In this document: positions 26,495 through 40,813 of the stretch, in pieces | Numbering within the stretch: the first letter of the stretch is position 1 | How the letters are laid out: every line of letters starts with the position of its first letter | DNA from: Antedon mediterranea | Lineage: Eukaryota > Animalia > Echinodermata | Direction: 5' to 3' | Assembly: GCF_964355755.1 (NCBI RefSeq) | Contig: NC_092674.1 | Span: forward strand, 31,837,199 to 31,901,198 | Length of the DNA stretch: 64,000 nt | The notes under the pieces: generated by a model | What the model saw: only the letters and a program-made list of their open reading frames with translations | The model's database searches: none | What the model was told of the DNA's origin: nothing | Position numbers and translations under genes: made by a program

Positions 26495-27119
26495 TTTTAA
26501 GGTTCGAGAATCAAAAAGATAGTAGTAAAGTAATAGTACAATATGAATACAGTATACACAAATCTATAAATGGATGTATAGTGATCAGGTACATTACACA
26601 GCATTTATACTAGAAGGAAGATACACTCCTGTTTTAATTCTAAAAGCAAACAATTGTAAATACAAATGTGTAGAGTCATCGCAAATAATATTAGTGTTGT
26701 AAATTGAATGTTTGAAAAACATGCAGTCACAATAAAAAATAGAATCTCGTTAATATAATAATGTTTAATATACATTTGTATCTTTGTTCTTGTTTTGTTT
26801 GTGTCAATATGTTGAAATATAATAGACATTTTTTATTTTATTGATTAATATTATTATTATGTTAGTTATTTTCCGTCCATCGTTGTCTCGTAAATTGTCA
26901 TGTTTAGTAAAAGCTTCCATATGGAAAATAGTAAAATGGTGCTCAATATATATGTTTGGCAGGTAAGGAGCGGCGTGCATGAGGTAGAACCATGGGCAAG
27001 AATACAGTATTGTACTTACCGCCCGTTTGAGATTTATTTTAAGTGGTGCACGGCACGGCCCTATAACAGCAACAGTGATGATGACATGTGTGCTGCTGTC
27101 TCGATATTCTAAAGAACTA

Positions 27120-27820
27120 TACAGGTTCAATCTTATCGTTTGGTAAAATACCAAAGTTTCAAGTTTGCCTTCCAATTCTAACGCCATAGTTTCAATCTCA
27201 TCGTTTGTAAAATGTCATGAGTTGAATATGCTTTTGCCTTCCAATCTAACGCCTTATATAGATATATCTTATCGTTTGGTAAAATACCAGTGGCGAGTTT
27301 CAAGCTTGCCTTCCAATTCTAAAGTCATGTTCATTCTCAACATTTGGTACCAGTAAAACTGGTAAATACCAGTGGTTTTCTATGCTTTTGCTTTCCAATC
27401 TAACGCCTTATAGGTTCAATCTCATCGTTTTCATGAGTGGTGAGTTAACTTACAGCTTTTGCCTTTCAATTTAACGCCTTTTAGGCCTATAGGTTTAATT
27501 TTATCGTTTGGTAAATACCAGTGGCGAGTTTCAAGCTTGTTGCCTTTAAATTCTAAAGCGCTATCGTGTTCAGTCTCAACGTTTGGTACCAGTAAACTGG
27601 TAAATACCAGTGGTGAGTTTTCTAAGCTTTCGCCTTTCAATTCTAACGTCTTATATAGGTTCAATTTTATCGTTTGGTTAAATACCAGTTGCGAGTTTCA
27701 AGTTTGCCTTCCAAATCTATAGCCCTATCATGCTCAACGTTTGGTAAATATAGCGAGTTTTCTAACTTTTTTTTCTAATTCTGACGTCCTATAAGGTTCA
27801 ATTGTTGGTAAAATACCGTA
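27120..27820. repeat. diverged ~65-80-bp tandem repeat
   Basis: Recurrent ATCGTTTGGTAAATACCAGTGGCGAGTTTCAAG..GCCTTCCAATTCTAACG. Confidence 0.75.
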
Positions 27821-28223
27821 TATTAGTAATCTAAATTAAACTACACTATAATACAGTTCAAAGAGGATGGTATTTAATTTAATATCGTCGATAAATTGAT
27901 TGGACAATTTGCTGATACTGCTTAATAAAACGATGAATCCGAATCTATCTCATTAAATTCAAATACGTGTTCTTTAAAATTTCTGCTCTATTGAATGGGA
28001 AAGATATCGTTTAGATTGTGTCAATTTGCTATAATTTATAATTAATAATTATAAATGGATGATCACTTAAATATTGTATTGGAGTACTGACATGTTTATC
28101 ATTTTTGATATGAAATTACACTCAACATCTCAACAGTTGCTAAATTAATTTTTCATAGGATATATCGATATTCATTACACAAAATATTATTAGTGGTTTT
28201 CTGTTGTTAGTAATTAGAGGAAT

Positions 28224-30794
28224 GCTAATAATAAGATGATACCAGGGAAGAATTTCATTCTTCTCTGAAGACTACATGTCGGTTAGCCCTCTATACAGCG
28301 GCTAATAATAAGAAGATACCAGGGAAGAATTTCATTCTTATCTGAAGACTACATTGTCGGTTAGCCCTCTATACAGCGGCTAATAATAAGAAGATACCAG
28401 GGAAGAATTTCATTCTTCTCTGAAGACTACATTGTCGATTAGCTCTCTATACAGCGGCTAATAATAAGAAGATACCAGGGAAGAATTTCATTCTTATCTG
28501 AAGACTACATTGTCGGTTAGCCCTCTATACATCGGCTAATAATAAGAAGATACCAGGGAAGAATTTCATTCTTCTCTGAAGACTACATTGTCGGTTAGCC
28601 CTCTATACATCGGCTAATAATAAGAAGATACCAGGGAAGAATTTCATTCTTCTCTGAAGACTACATTGTCGGTTAGCCCTCTATACATCGGCTAATAATA
28701 AGAAGATACCAGGGAAGAATTTCATTCTTATCTGAAGACTACATTGTCGGTTAGCCCTCTATACAGTGGCTAATAATAAGAAGATACCAGGGAAGAATTT
28801 CATTCTTATCTGAAGACTACATTGTCGGTTAGCCCTCTATACATCGGCTAATAATAAGAAGATACCAGGGAAGAATTTCATTCTTCTCTGAAGACTACAT
28901 TGTCGGTTAGCCCTCTATACATCGGCTAATAATAAGAAGATACCAGGGAAGAATTTCATTCTTATCTGAAGACTACATTGTCGGTTAGCCCTCTATACAT
29001 CGGCTAATAATAAGAAGATACCAGGGAAGAATTTCATTCTTATCTGAAGACTACATTGTCGGTTAGCCCTCTATACAGCGGCTAATAATAAGAAGATACC
29101 AGGGAAGAATTTCATTCTTACATGAAGACTACATTGTCGGTTAGCCCTCTATACAGCGGCTAATAATAAGAAGATACCAGGGAAGAATGTCATTCTTACA
29201 TGAAGACTACATTGTCGGTTAGCCCTCTATACAGCGGCTAATAATAAGAAGATACCAGGGAAGAATGTCATTCTTACATGAAGACTACATTGTCGGTTAG
29301 CCCTCTATACAGCGGCTAATAATAAGAAGATACCAGGGAAGAATTTCATTCTTATATGAAGACTAACATTGTCGGTTAGCCCTCTATACAGCGGCTAATA
29401 ATAAGAAGATACCAGGGAAGAATTTCATTCTTATATGAAGACTACATTGTCGGTTAGCCCTCTATACAGCGGCTAATAATAAGAAGATACCAGGGAAGAA
29501 TTTCATTCTTATATGAAGACTACATTGTCGGTTAGCCCTCTATACATCGGCTAATAATAAGAAGATACCAGGGAAGAATTTCATTCTTATCTGAAGACTA
29601 CATTGTCGGTTAGCCCTCTATACAGCGGCTAATAATAAGATACCAGGGAAGAATTTCATTCTTCTCTGAAGACTACATTGTCGGTTAGCCCTCTATACAG
29701 CGGCTAATAATAAGAAGATACCAGGGAAGAATTTCATTCTTCTCTGAAGACTACATCGTCGGTTAGCCCTCTATACAGCGGCTAATAATAAGATGATACC
29801 AGGGAAGAATTTCATTCTTATCTGAAGACTACATTGTCGGTTAGCCCTCTATACAGCGGCTAATAATAAGAAGATACCAGGGAAGAATTTCATTCTTATC
29901 TGAAGACTACATTGTCGGTTAGCCCTCTATACAGCGGCTAATAATAAGAAGATACCAGGGAAGAATTTCATTCTTCTCTGAAGACTACATTGTCGGTTAG
30001 CCCTCTATACAGCGGCTAATAATAAGAAGATAACAGGGAAGAATTTCATTCTTATCTGAAGACTACATTGTCGGTTAGCCCTCTATACAGCGGTTAATAA
30101 TAAGAAGATACCAGGGAAGAATTTCATTCTTATCTGAAGACTACATTGTCGGTTAGCCCTCTATACAGCGGCTAATAATAAGAAGATACCAGGGAAGAAT
30201 TTCATTCTTATCTGAAGACTACATTGTCGGTTAGCTCTCTATACAGCGGCTAATAATAAGAAGATACCAGGGAAGAATTTCATTCTTATCTGAAGACTAC
30301 ATTGTCGGTTAGCCCTCTATACATCGGCTAATAATAAGAAGATACCAGGGAAGAATTTCATTCTTCTCTGAAGACTACATTGTCGGTTAGCCCTCTATAC
30401 AGCGGCTAATAATAAGAAGATACCAGGGAAGAATTTCATTCTTATCTGAAGACTACATTGTCGGTTAGCCCTCTATACAGCGGCTAATAATAAGAAGATA
30501 CCAGGGAAGAATTTCATTCTTATCTGAAGACTACATTGTCGGTTAGCCCTCTATACAGCGGCTAATAATAAGAAGATACCAGGGAAGAATTTCATTCTTA
30601 TTTGAAGACTACATTGTCGGTTAGCCCTCTATACAGCGGCTAATAATAAGAAGATACCAGGGAAGAATTTCATTCTTATCTGAAGACTACATTGTCGGTT
30701 AGCCCTCTATACAGCGGCTAATAATAAGAAGATAACAGGGAAGAATTTCATTCTTATCTGAAGACTACATTGTCGGTTAGCCCTCTATACAGCG
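28224..30794. repeat. 78-bp tandem satellite, ~33 highly homogeneous copies
   Basis: GCTAATAATAAGAAGATACCAGGGAAGAATTTCATTCTTATCTGAAGACTACATTGTCGGTTAGCCCTCTATACAGCG units. Confidence 0.97.
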
Positions 30795-31321
30795 TGTTAC
30801 CCAATATTTTTCTTTATTTTTTAAATTTCCGTACTTTTTGTTAACAACCTATTATAAATAAAATGTCCTTACTCAGTTAATTATCTTTCTCACGGTTTAC
30901 CACCGTTCTCATTTTGATGACGTCATTATGTTAAAATACTAATGAAATACTACCGTAATGAATAACGCTAGACACGTAATTTCGCCTGTAGTACTGTACT
31001 TTTTAATCTATAGTATAAGTAATAATAGATCATCGCAATTGTACCACCATTATATGGAGAAGATATGGATTAATATAAACATTTTGACCATCGCATTTTA
31101 TGTCATCATATGGCCAGCTGAATTAAAAAAGTAGTTTGTTTATCTGTCCGTTTATCGTTTAAATGAACAAACATAATGCCACTTCTACGTGGCTGATTTT
31201 CATCCAAATTGAATATGTTCTTGCTCAGATAATTATCTTTCGAAGTTGTTATTCATGTTCATTTTAATGACGTCATCATTCTAAAAAAAATAGAAAAACA
31301 ATATGTAGGTCTCGTAATTTC

Positions 31322-32846
31322 ACTTATGCTTCACTGTATACAGTTATATACTATGACTTCAAACAGACATGATTCTGCACTATGAACATTATTACTTATG
31401 CTTCACTGTATACAGTAATACTATGACTTAAAACAGACATGATTCTGCACTATGAACATTATTACTTATGCTTCACTGTATACAGTTATATACTATGACT
31501 TCAAACAGACATGATTCTGCACTATGAACATTATTACTTATGCTTCACTGTATAGGCCTACAGTTATATACTATGACTTAAAACAGACATGATTCTGCAC
31601 TATGAACATTATTACTTATGCTTCACTGTATACAGTTATATACTATGACTTCAAACAGACATGATTCTGCACTATGAACATTATTACTTATGCTTCACTG
31701 TATAGGCCTACAGTTATATACTATGACTTCAAACAGACATGATTCTGCACTATGAACATTATTACTTATGCTTCACTGTATACAGTAATACTATGACTTC
31801 AAACAGACATGATTCTGCACTATGAACATTATTACTTATGCTTCACTGTATACAGTTATATACTATGACTTAAAACAGACATGATTCTGCACTATGAACA
31901 TTATTACTTATGCTTCACTGTATACAGTAATACTATGACTTCAAACAGACATGATTCTGCACTATGAACATTATTACTTATGCTTCACTGTATACAGTAA
32001 TACTATGACTTCAAACAGACATGATTCTGCACTATGAACATTATTACTTATGCTTCACTGTATACAGTTATATACTATGACTTAAAACAGACATGATTCT
32101 GCACTATGAACATTATTACTTATGCTTCACTGTATACAGTTATATACTATGACTTCAAACAGACATGATTCTGCACTATGAACATTATTACTTATGCTTC
32201 ACTGTATACAGTAATACTATGACTTAAAACAGACATGATTCTGCACTATGAACATTATTACTTATGCTTCACTGTATACAGTTATATACTATGACTTCAA
32301 ACAGACATGATTCTGCACTATGAACATTATTACTTATGCTTCACTGTATACAGTTATATACTATGACTTCAAACAGACATGATTCTGCACTATGAACATT
32401 ATTACTTATGCTTCACTGTATACAGTTATATACTATGACTTAAAACAGACATGATTCTGCACTATGAACATTATTACTTATGCTTCACTGTATACAGTTA
32501 TATACTATGACTTCAAACAGACATGATTCTGCACTATGAACATTATTACTTATGCTTCACTCTATACAGTTATATACTATGACTTCAAACAGACATGATT
32601 CTGCACTATGAACATTATTACTTATGCTTCACTGTATACAGTTATATACTATGACTTAAAACAGACATGATTCTGCACTATGAACATTATTACTTATGCT
32701 TCACTGTATAGGCCTACAGTTACATACTATGACTTAAAACAGACATGATTCTGCACTATGAACATTATTACTTATGCTTCACTGTATACAGTTTATATAC
32801 TATGACTTGAAACAGACATGATTCTGCACTATGAACATTATTACTT
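31322..32846. repeat. 70/72/78-bp tandem satellite, ~21 copies
   Basis: ACTTATGCTTCACTGTATACAGTTATATACTATGACTTCAAACAGACATGATTCTGCACTATGAACATTATT units; three copies carry an extra GGCCTA. Confidence 0.97.
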
Positions 32847-33853
32847 CAGGTGATTGGCTAGGATGACTTAATCAACCCTTCTGTGTTCTAACGTAGGCCT
32901 GCTGCATGTTGCGTTTGTACCTATTATCAATGACGAAGTTGATGTCTAGTTTAAGTTTATTTAAATCCATATCTCTTCAAACGCAGCTGACATGACAAAT
33001 ATCTAAACGAGTTATACGTAGAGGGCGAAGTATTAAATGGTTTGTATGATAATACAGTAAGATTAAGAGGGGATTGACTAAGAGGGGATATGCTTTGCCT
33101 ATAGCGTCTATCTCGGAAATCAGCCTTGCTGTTTCCGATACAAGTAAAAAAGTATGTGATAGTAAGGAGTTTGATGTCTGATATATTTAATAATGTTCGT
33201 CTTTCCGTTCATTCATACCACTCCTTCCTCAAAGATTGTGAAGGACAGTACACCATCATGATACATCAGTCTAACATGATTATGTAGAGGTTTGGCTTTT
33301 ATAAATTGCACATTCATTGCTTTTAAACTATAGGACAGGTCGCATATATTACGACATATTTATGTCTTATAAACTCATAGTTTTCATATTAATAATTTGT
33401 TATTGTTCTTAAACATAGTAAACATGATCGGCTGATTGGGCAGCCAATTCTGGTACTGTATCTATTACCAAAGTATCATGAATATTTGGTAATACAGTCA
33501 TGTCATGACATGCATCTAGTAGTATACCTAACCTCACATGATACAGGCACCACATGTGATATAAATAAAATATTGTTTACCAAATATTCCTATGATACTT
33601 CGGAAATAGATAATGTGAAGATACAGCACAGCGGGTGGAGTGGGTCCATAGGCATAAGATTTGATTAGGAATTTTGATAAACCACGATTTGATTTTACCA
33701 AAATACAGTTGTTGAGGGTGGATAAATCCATATAGATAACTTTTTAGTGTGGGGGCTGTGGATGTCGTCACATTGTGTATATTCAGGCACGCGTTACTAT
33801 TCATAGTTATGATATGGAAACCACTGAGGATTAGATTGGCCAATTATATATAC

Positions 33854-33912
33854 CATACCTGAATATTAGAAACAAAAACGATTCCAAAAGCCCATAAGAT
33901 GGCGCTATGCAT
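33854..33912 (-). CDS. candidate beta-like exon 1 (signal peptide MHSAILWAFGIVFVSNIQ[VC])
   Basis: ATG plus a hydrophobic run followed by tandem donors CAG|GTATG|GTATAT; the second donor gives the phase 2 needed for exon 2 (...NIQVC-ALSTV). No homology support. Confidence 0.35.
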
Positions 33913-36864
33913 ATTGCAAAAGTTTCAATGATGTTGTCTTGACTGTCTCGTGACGGAAAACTTAAATTAAACTTCTGGTATCCATTGCCCAATTCACATA
34001 CTATGTACTTGGTATGGTTTCAATAAGGGAAGAGTTGAATTACTTGTAATTTCACTCTTCACTCGTTTCAATAAACTTTAAAGTACACTTCAGGTTTTAG
34101 TGGGACTTATTTAATTATTAATTTCGGTATAAATAAACAAAAGGCATAGCAGATGTTTTGTTTCACATAGTTTATATTATTTTAAATCAATAAAACATGT
34201 TGTTAAGAAAATATAATTAAAAAATAACATTAAGAAGAAAATATGAAACTATTGCATTACAACCTTTAAAAGTTGGACCATGGATTCAATAATTAGGTTA
34301 ATTATTTAATTCATGGTTGGGCACAGTCATGGCGATACTTTATTTAAAGTATTATTAAGGTACTGGAGTTATATATGCATGATAAAAATACCCAAATCAA
34401 ATATTGGTGCTCATCGAAACACACACACATTACTTTTATCAAGAAGATTTCATCATTGAGAACGGTACCTAAATAAAAGGCAATTGGCAAAGGACACGCG
34501 TACACACACAAACTTAAAAACACTGTGCATATTTTTTTTTCAAATTACAGTTTACTAGATAAACTACCGAATATTATCTTTATGTTATGACCTCTGTGTT
34601 TCTAGTTTAGTATATGTTTCCAATGCAAACAAGGGGATATACTAATGATCTAAATTTCTCTTGGCTATTTCTACATTATTACATAAATTACATTTTATAA
34701 TAATTAATCAAGAGATAGTATCACAGCCATAAATACATTCCTTATCCCAATGTTTCTTACAATTAAAATGTAACTTCACACAAACTAATTAGGCACTTGC
34801 ATAAACTCCCTCTCAATTTTCATAAGACAGCATATTTTGATGAGTATGCGCAGAAGTTAAATTCGTTGTAGTCGCGTGTAAAGTCTATCACATACTTCAA
34901 TCCATTTTAATAATCACTATCCATGTTACTTTACTGGTGTTCATTCGCCATTCAATTCACTTGAGATTTTGAAAAATTTAAGATCAAACCATCTGAAATA
35001 CCTTAACAAAAAACAAATCACTGGAAAAATATCTGTGGGCCACAGTTTTTTGTCAGTGTTTTGTCTTTTCTGTAAAGCACTCTATGCTATTTTATGAATT
35101 AATATTGTTTACATTGTGTGAAAGCCGGCTTTATTATTTCAAGTATCAGTAGTTAAAACGTTTAGAGCCTCGGTGTTAGTACCGTTTGTAAGTGTATTAT
35201 TAAGTGTAAATAATTATTCATATAATATGGTTATGATGTTCCCTTCGTTGCTTCAAATATTCCGACAGCTTCCAACATTCCCAAGAGCATTGTAGCAGAG
35301 TTATAATCATTAACCCAGTGCAAATGCCTATAATTATTCATCAACACTTAATTAAACGGTTGATCTATTTAAAGATTCGTGTTCGTTATAAAGTGCATCT
35401 CAAATGATGGTATACATGATTGATGAATGGCTTTGAATAATATCGATATAGTACATGTGGATAAAGGAAGTGAGATACAGTAAAGTTACTAAATATAGAA
35501 TTAGCAAAAAATATCCATACACTTTTGTTTAAATAGTAATGAACAAACTAACTACAACTAATTATTATTAGTTACTTATTTATGCCGTTGTTTGAAGTTT
35601 GTAAGTTCAGAGTCTTTTTCAGGTTCATTTTTAAATAGCTTGTGTGAATACATGTAAGTGATGCATAAAAAACACATACATAGAAGATTCAGGTATGGGT
35701 TGTCAACATCGTAGGCTAGTATCTAAAATATGCTTTTGTTGAGTTCATACATTAGATAACATAATGTCGTGTTGCTTAATTATTCTGTAATATGTTCATT
35801 TTTAAAACTTACTAACACTAACCAATTAGACTTTATCAAAGACCTTCGACTATCTTATTTATGAAGTAGTACAAATATTGGTGATGAAAAAAACAGTGTT
35901 ACTTGTGGCTATGATATCCATCAACATAGTAACGTCATCTCAGCTTTTACTTTTGTAAACAATTGAAAAATGCAATCTAGCAACATTGATTAACCTTACA
36001 GTAGGGCTGTTGGTTATTGGCAGCCCGAAAAACAATATTATATTGTACCAGATTCAATACGTCAGCCGACTTCCAACTGCGTGACTTGTGCCATCAACAT
36101 TGCCCTTAACAGTCGGGTGGATTCAATAATTAGACTTCGAAACACTACCCGTAGGCTTAGAGTTGGAATTTTGAATTAAATTGAGATTCCATTCAAAATG
36201 TCTGAAGTATTTTTTCCTCATTGATCTCTCTGTTCCCCTAAAATTGCGCAACAATGTTCCCCTAATATTGGCTTTTTTTTTAAAGTCTGGTTGTCGCTTA
36301 GTTAATCGTTTGACAAATCGGTTGAATGATATAGGTTTTATAAATGCTCTATTGTATTTATTCGTGTTGCTGTTGACAGGTTGAAATAAAACTAGCTACG
36401 TTATTGCTTACCTATATTTCTATTTTTGAAATATTCCTAAATTCCCTAAAAATAATTCCAAATTCCGATTTTGTTGTGTTCTAAATTGAAACTCCATTGG
36501 TTTTTATGCAATGAACCTTATTTGATGACGTTGTGTTATTACCACATCGTCTAATAGATTTTTCCGTAGAACATCCAGATTAATTTCTGTAATAGCTACA
36601 CTCTCTGGTGTGTCTAATTACCTCGTCTATTACCTATCGTCTGTTACTCAAATCAACCCAAATTATTACAAAGTCGACGACCTTTATTTATGACATCCAG
36701 TTTGTTTTGTAAAGCCTATATACCTTTCCATAAAATGTATTTATATACTTTGCCAAAGGAAAAGCCAAATTGCATCGACTGACAATACAACATTTAAAAA
36801 CAAATCTACGTTGCACCATATCTAATGTATCAGTTAGACGTAGGCCCTACTACTACATAACCTA

Positions 36865-36976
36865 ATATTATTATTATTATTATTATTGTTAGTGTTATTA
36901 TTATTATTGTTATTGTTGTTGTTGATGTCGTCGTCGTCGTCGCCGCCGCCGCCGCCGTCATTGTCATCGTCATTCA
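36865..36976. repeat. compound trinucleotide microsatellite (TTA>TTG>TCG>CCG>TCA)
   Basis: Read directly from the sequence. Confidence 0.85.
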
Positions 36977-39876
36977 TACAGTACTAAAGTTACCGAAAGT
37001 GCTGTTACCTGATGACAAAATAATTTAAAAAATGAATTAATTAAGATACAAATTGTATCATAGTTAATTCTCATTTAATCAATTCATAAATAATATTAAT
37101 AGTTTATGAATGCTATGTGTTATTAGAAATCAAATACTTTGTCTGAAGCACATGATGATTAGACACCAAAGGCATGCATCTAACTTATTTAGATCCGATT
37201 TTATGGACATTTGAAACAAATTAGGCCATTTCAGAAAATATTATAAAATACGGTAACTATTAAAATGTATTTATTATAGATCTAATGGATTCCCTGCCCA
37301 AGATCATCTAGCTTTATTAGTGTCACCTTTTTTTTGGAAAAACTAAATATTAACATTATCATATTTATTATCTAATTAATTCCTTTTCTGAAGTACACTT
37401 ACTAACCTATACCCTAACATTCCACTCCCCTAACCTGATTTCTAGGCCGATTTTCAGACTCTATATACCTATTTTCATCGCTGTTGATTTATTTGTTTAC
37501 AAATACAGTATTACTATATTTACCGATGTTGCCTATCCGGTTTCGTTATACAAACCGATCAACAACTAAATTTAATTATTTATGATATGGAGAAACAAAA
37601 GTAAATAATCATTCCATGCAGTAATATTACCGTTGTCAAATGTAGTAAAACCGTATTGTTGTTAATGCAGTACAAACAATACACCTATATAATAATGATT
37701 CAATTATATAAGGTGATTTCTGACAAGCTGTCATTGTCTATTTAACATTGTTCAGTGCGTATGATTTCTATGGAGACAACACGTTTCGAAAATAATATAC
37801 GCATTTTAGAGAGAGAAAAACACACACGAACACACAATTTTTTCACAATTAATGTATTACTGTCTTTTGATCGATTTTATCAAAAATAAAAAAGATGGTG
37901 CATAATGTGAAAAAAAATACACATGTTAGGGTTATAAGTGCTGTGAAAGTGGTATTGTTAAATAAACTAGGAAAAGCCTATAAACATTGACAAAGACAAC
38001 AGAAGAAAGTCCGGAAACGGAGTCTCGCATCACCACACTGTTTCACTAACTAACTAACTAACTAACTACTAACTTGTCAAGACTAGGGAGCAGGTATGTT
38101 TATCCGTCGGTTTACGAAATAGATCAGTTTTGAGTGTTCAATGGTGGGTCCAGATAATGAATGTATTTAAATAACTAAATAAAACTGGACTCTTTCCAAA
38201 TTATTTCGGCCATGACTTGGAGTCCCAACTGCTTTAGCTACTCTGTGTATGAAATTAATTATATGGCATGATCTCTTTTGATGTGTTCCAAATGGAATAT
38301 TTGGTTCTTTGTTGTGCTGCCATGCACAAAAAAGGCCGCATATTCATTTACCGGGCAAAAATATTAATCATTTTTGTACAAATACTACTATTCAGCGTTT
38401 TATGCTGCAGTGTATTTGTTTATGTGATTAAATAACCGATATTGATACCGAATATATCTTATCTTTTTTTTCTATGTATGCATACGAATTGATTTCATCA
38501 TTCCACCATTGTAACTATTATGACCACCTCACTATAAAATGTATTGAATTATGGCTAAATGTGTAAAACGCATTTACTAGAACCATAAATGCATGATAAT
38601 AATTTTTATTAGAAATGATAGTGATGTTTATGTTATGATTAATCCAATTTATCATCAGTAAATGCTGTCATTTCAATATAACAATATGGCCTAGCTATCG
38701 TAAGTTATAAGTATGCATTTACAATTTAGATTGTTTGTTTTGTAATATAATGAAACTGAAAGGGTAACCGACGATTATAATTGTGTGTATTATATAATAA
38801 TTAAATTACATTAAATATTTTTGTTTTATAAAATTCAATATATTATTAAAAGCATAAAATAAGCATGAAATGGATTTGTATTTAAAGAGATGATTCTATA
38901 TTTAATGTAGGTAATCTGTGTGTATTGACAATGAAAAGATAGAAAGTATATTTTTGATTAAATTCTGTTAGCCGTATAAATAATACGTGAAACCAATATC
39001 GAAAAAAGACAGCGAGATGGCTGCTAAAATAAAAACACATTATTCATGAAGTATAGTTTCAGTCATTATTGATGAATCTCGGGTTTTCGTTCTTTATGTA
39101 TATAAAATGATATATCTTCAAAGAATGTTAGAAGGGAATTTGACTACTTAAAGTATCATATCAATTCAACGTAATAAAATAACAACACGTAAAATAATAC
39201 TAAATAGACAACACTATAGGTATAGTACGTCGTGTTATAATTTGCAAAAACATATAATAATGGAACACGCGTGTTAGCAGGAAATTGTTTTATGTAATTG
39301 TTTTGGGTCTGGTTGCAATTGTGAAACATTATCCGAGATACACGATTGCTACTTGGAGACTCACATTGTGTTCTTCCCACACTGTCTTCGATTTCGGCGT
39401 GTTGTTCTTAACATGGAGAAAGAAGTTTTTTTTCTCTTTTGTGGCGTAAACACCATTTTTATTCACATTCGTATTATATTTCATGTCATTACATAAAATT
39501 ATATTATTTATCACATTTTTTGTTAATTCGAAATGTCATTACAATTTGATAAACTTCATTAGTAACATTTTGAAATTGTTGAATTCTGTTATTACTTCCT
39601 TTTTTCATAAATTTTCTTATATTTTTCTATACACTTACAAAAGAAGTTTAAAAAGTTAATACAAAGACGTTTGGTTGAAATAAGCTTTTTTTTTCCAAAC
39701 ATCGTTATGACATATTTACTTTCATTATACCGCGTGATCATTATCATGTATCTCATTTTAAAATATTCAGAATCAGAAAGAACAACTTTCCCTTTGTGAG
39801 AACCCAAATTATACAATTTATTTATATACAAGATAAAATGAATACAAATCATAATAAATCAGTACATGTAACTCGT

Positions 39877-40250
39877 CGTATCACAGTAATTCATTTTCTG
39901 TTCATCATAACAATATACACATGTATACCAATCCAATACTAGTGTATTTACAATACTCGGAAATACTCGGAACTACTCGTATCACAGTAATTTATTTTCT
40001 GTTCATCATAACAATATACACATGTATACCAATCCAATACTATAGTGTATTTACAATACTCGGAAATACTCGGAACTACTCGTATCACAGTAATTCATTT
40101 TCTGTTCATCATAACATACCAATCCAATACTATATAGTGTATTTACAATACTCGGAAATACTCGGAACTACTCGTATCACAGTAATTCATTTTCTGTTCA
40201 TCATAACAATATACACATGTATACCAATCCAATACTTAGTGTATTTACAA
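39877..40250. repeat. ~100-bp tandem repeat, ~4 copies, containing TACTCGGAAATACTCGGAACTACTCG
   Basis: CGTATCACAGTAATT recurs four times at about 100-bp spacing. Confidence 0.85.
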
Positions 40251-40386
40251 TGTTAGCAGATAATGAGGCTAACAGCAAGTAAGTTTAATTGTAAAGATTC
40301 GTAAAAACTTATAAAATACCGAATTACCGTAGGTTCAATGTAAACAATTATTCTATATACAATTAGAATCTATATATTTTTACGCA

Positions 40387-40394
40387 TGACGTCA
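40387..40394. promoter_or_regulatory. CRE-like palindrome TGACGTCA about 370 bp upstream of the alpha-like ATG
   Basis: Exact CREB/ATF consensus; the same 8-mer occurs several other times in the window, so specificity is low. Confidence 0.2.
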
Positions 40395-40763
40395 TTCTTC
40401 GTCGGTTGTTCATGAATAAAGTGAATTTGCATTGATGTTCTGATGCATCTTACATGAAGCCTAAATTTAATTTATAAACGACAACGCAGCTCTATTACCA
40501 AGATACCACTCATTATACTGATTGCTTCACAGCCGGTCGTGTTTTTGCAATGCTACCGTAACATACAATGTCTCCGCGCCAAATTCGTAACTAAAAACTT
40601 ATACCTTTACCTTTTACACGAGTTCTGGAAAGCATTGCATCCTGGTTTCTATCAAATATTGCAGGAGCAAGCAAAGCTGTCGTCTGAAAGCATCAGGTGA
40701 CAGATAACCAGTGCGCCCGTGAAATATATTGAGTACGGTCGTAGTAAACACTCACAAACTATC

Positions 40764-40813
40764 ATGCATGTACTAATAGTATTGAGTACATTATTTCTAT
40801 TATATAATGTCAG
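40764..40813 (+). CDS. alpha-like subunit exon 1 (signal peptide [17 protein letters not shown])
   Basis: ATG followed by a hydrophobic stretch and a strong AG|GTAAGT donor; phase 2 matches the exon at 45420. Confidence 0.8.

Noticed and set aside
27019-27090. Minus-strand segment with a perfect G|GTAAGT donor and ATG (MSSSLLLL) as beta-like exon 1
   Set aside because: An in-frame TAG occurs after 8 codons; at best a non-coding exon or a chance donor
28224-32846. Long regular arrays that might be CRISPR-like
   Set aside because: Units are near-identical end to end with no unique spacers, there are no cas genes, and the context is eukaryotic; the same applies to 15290-16479 and 43812-44948
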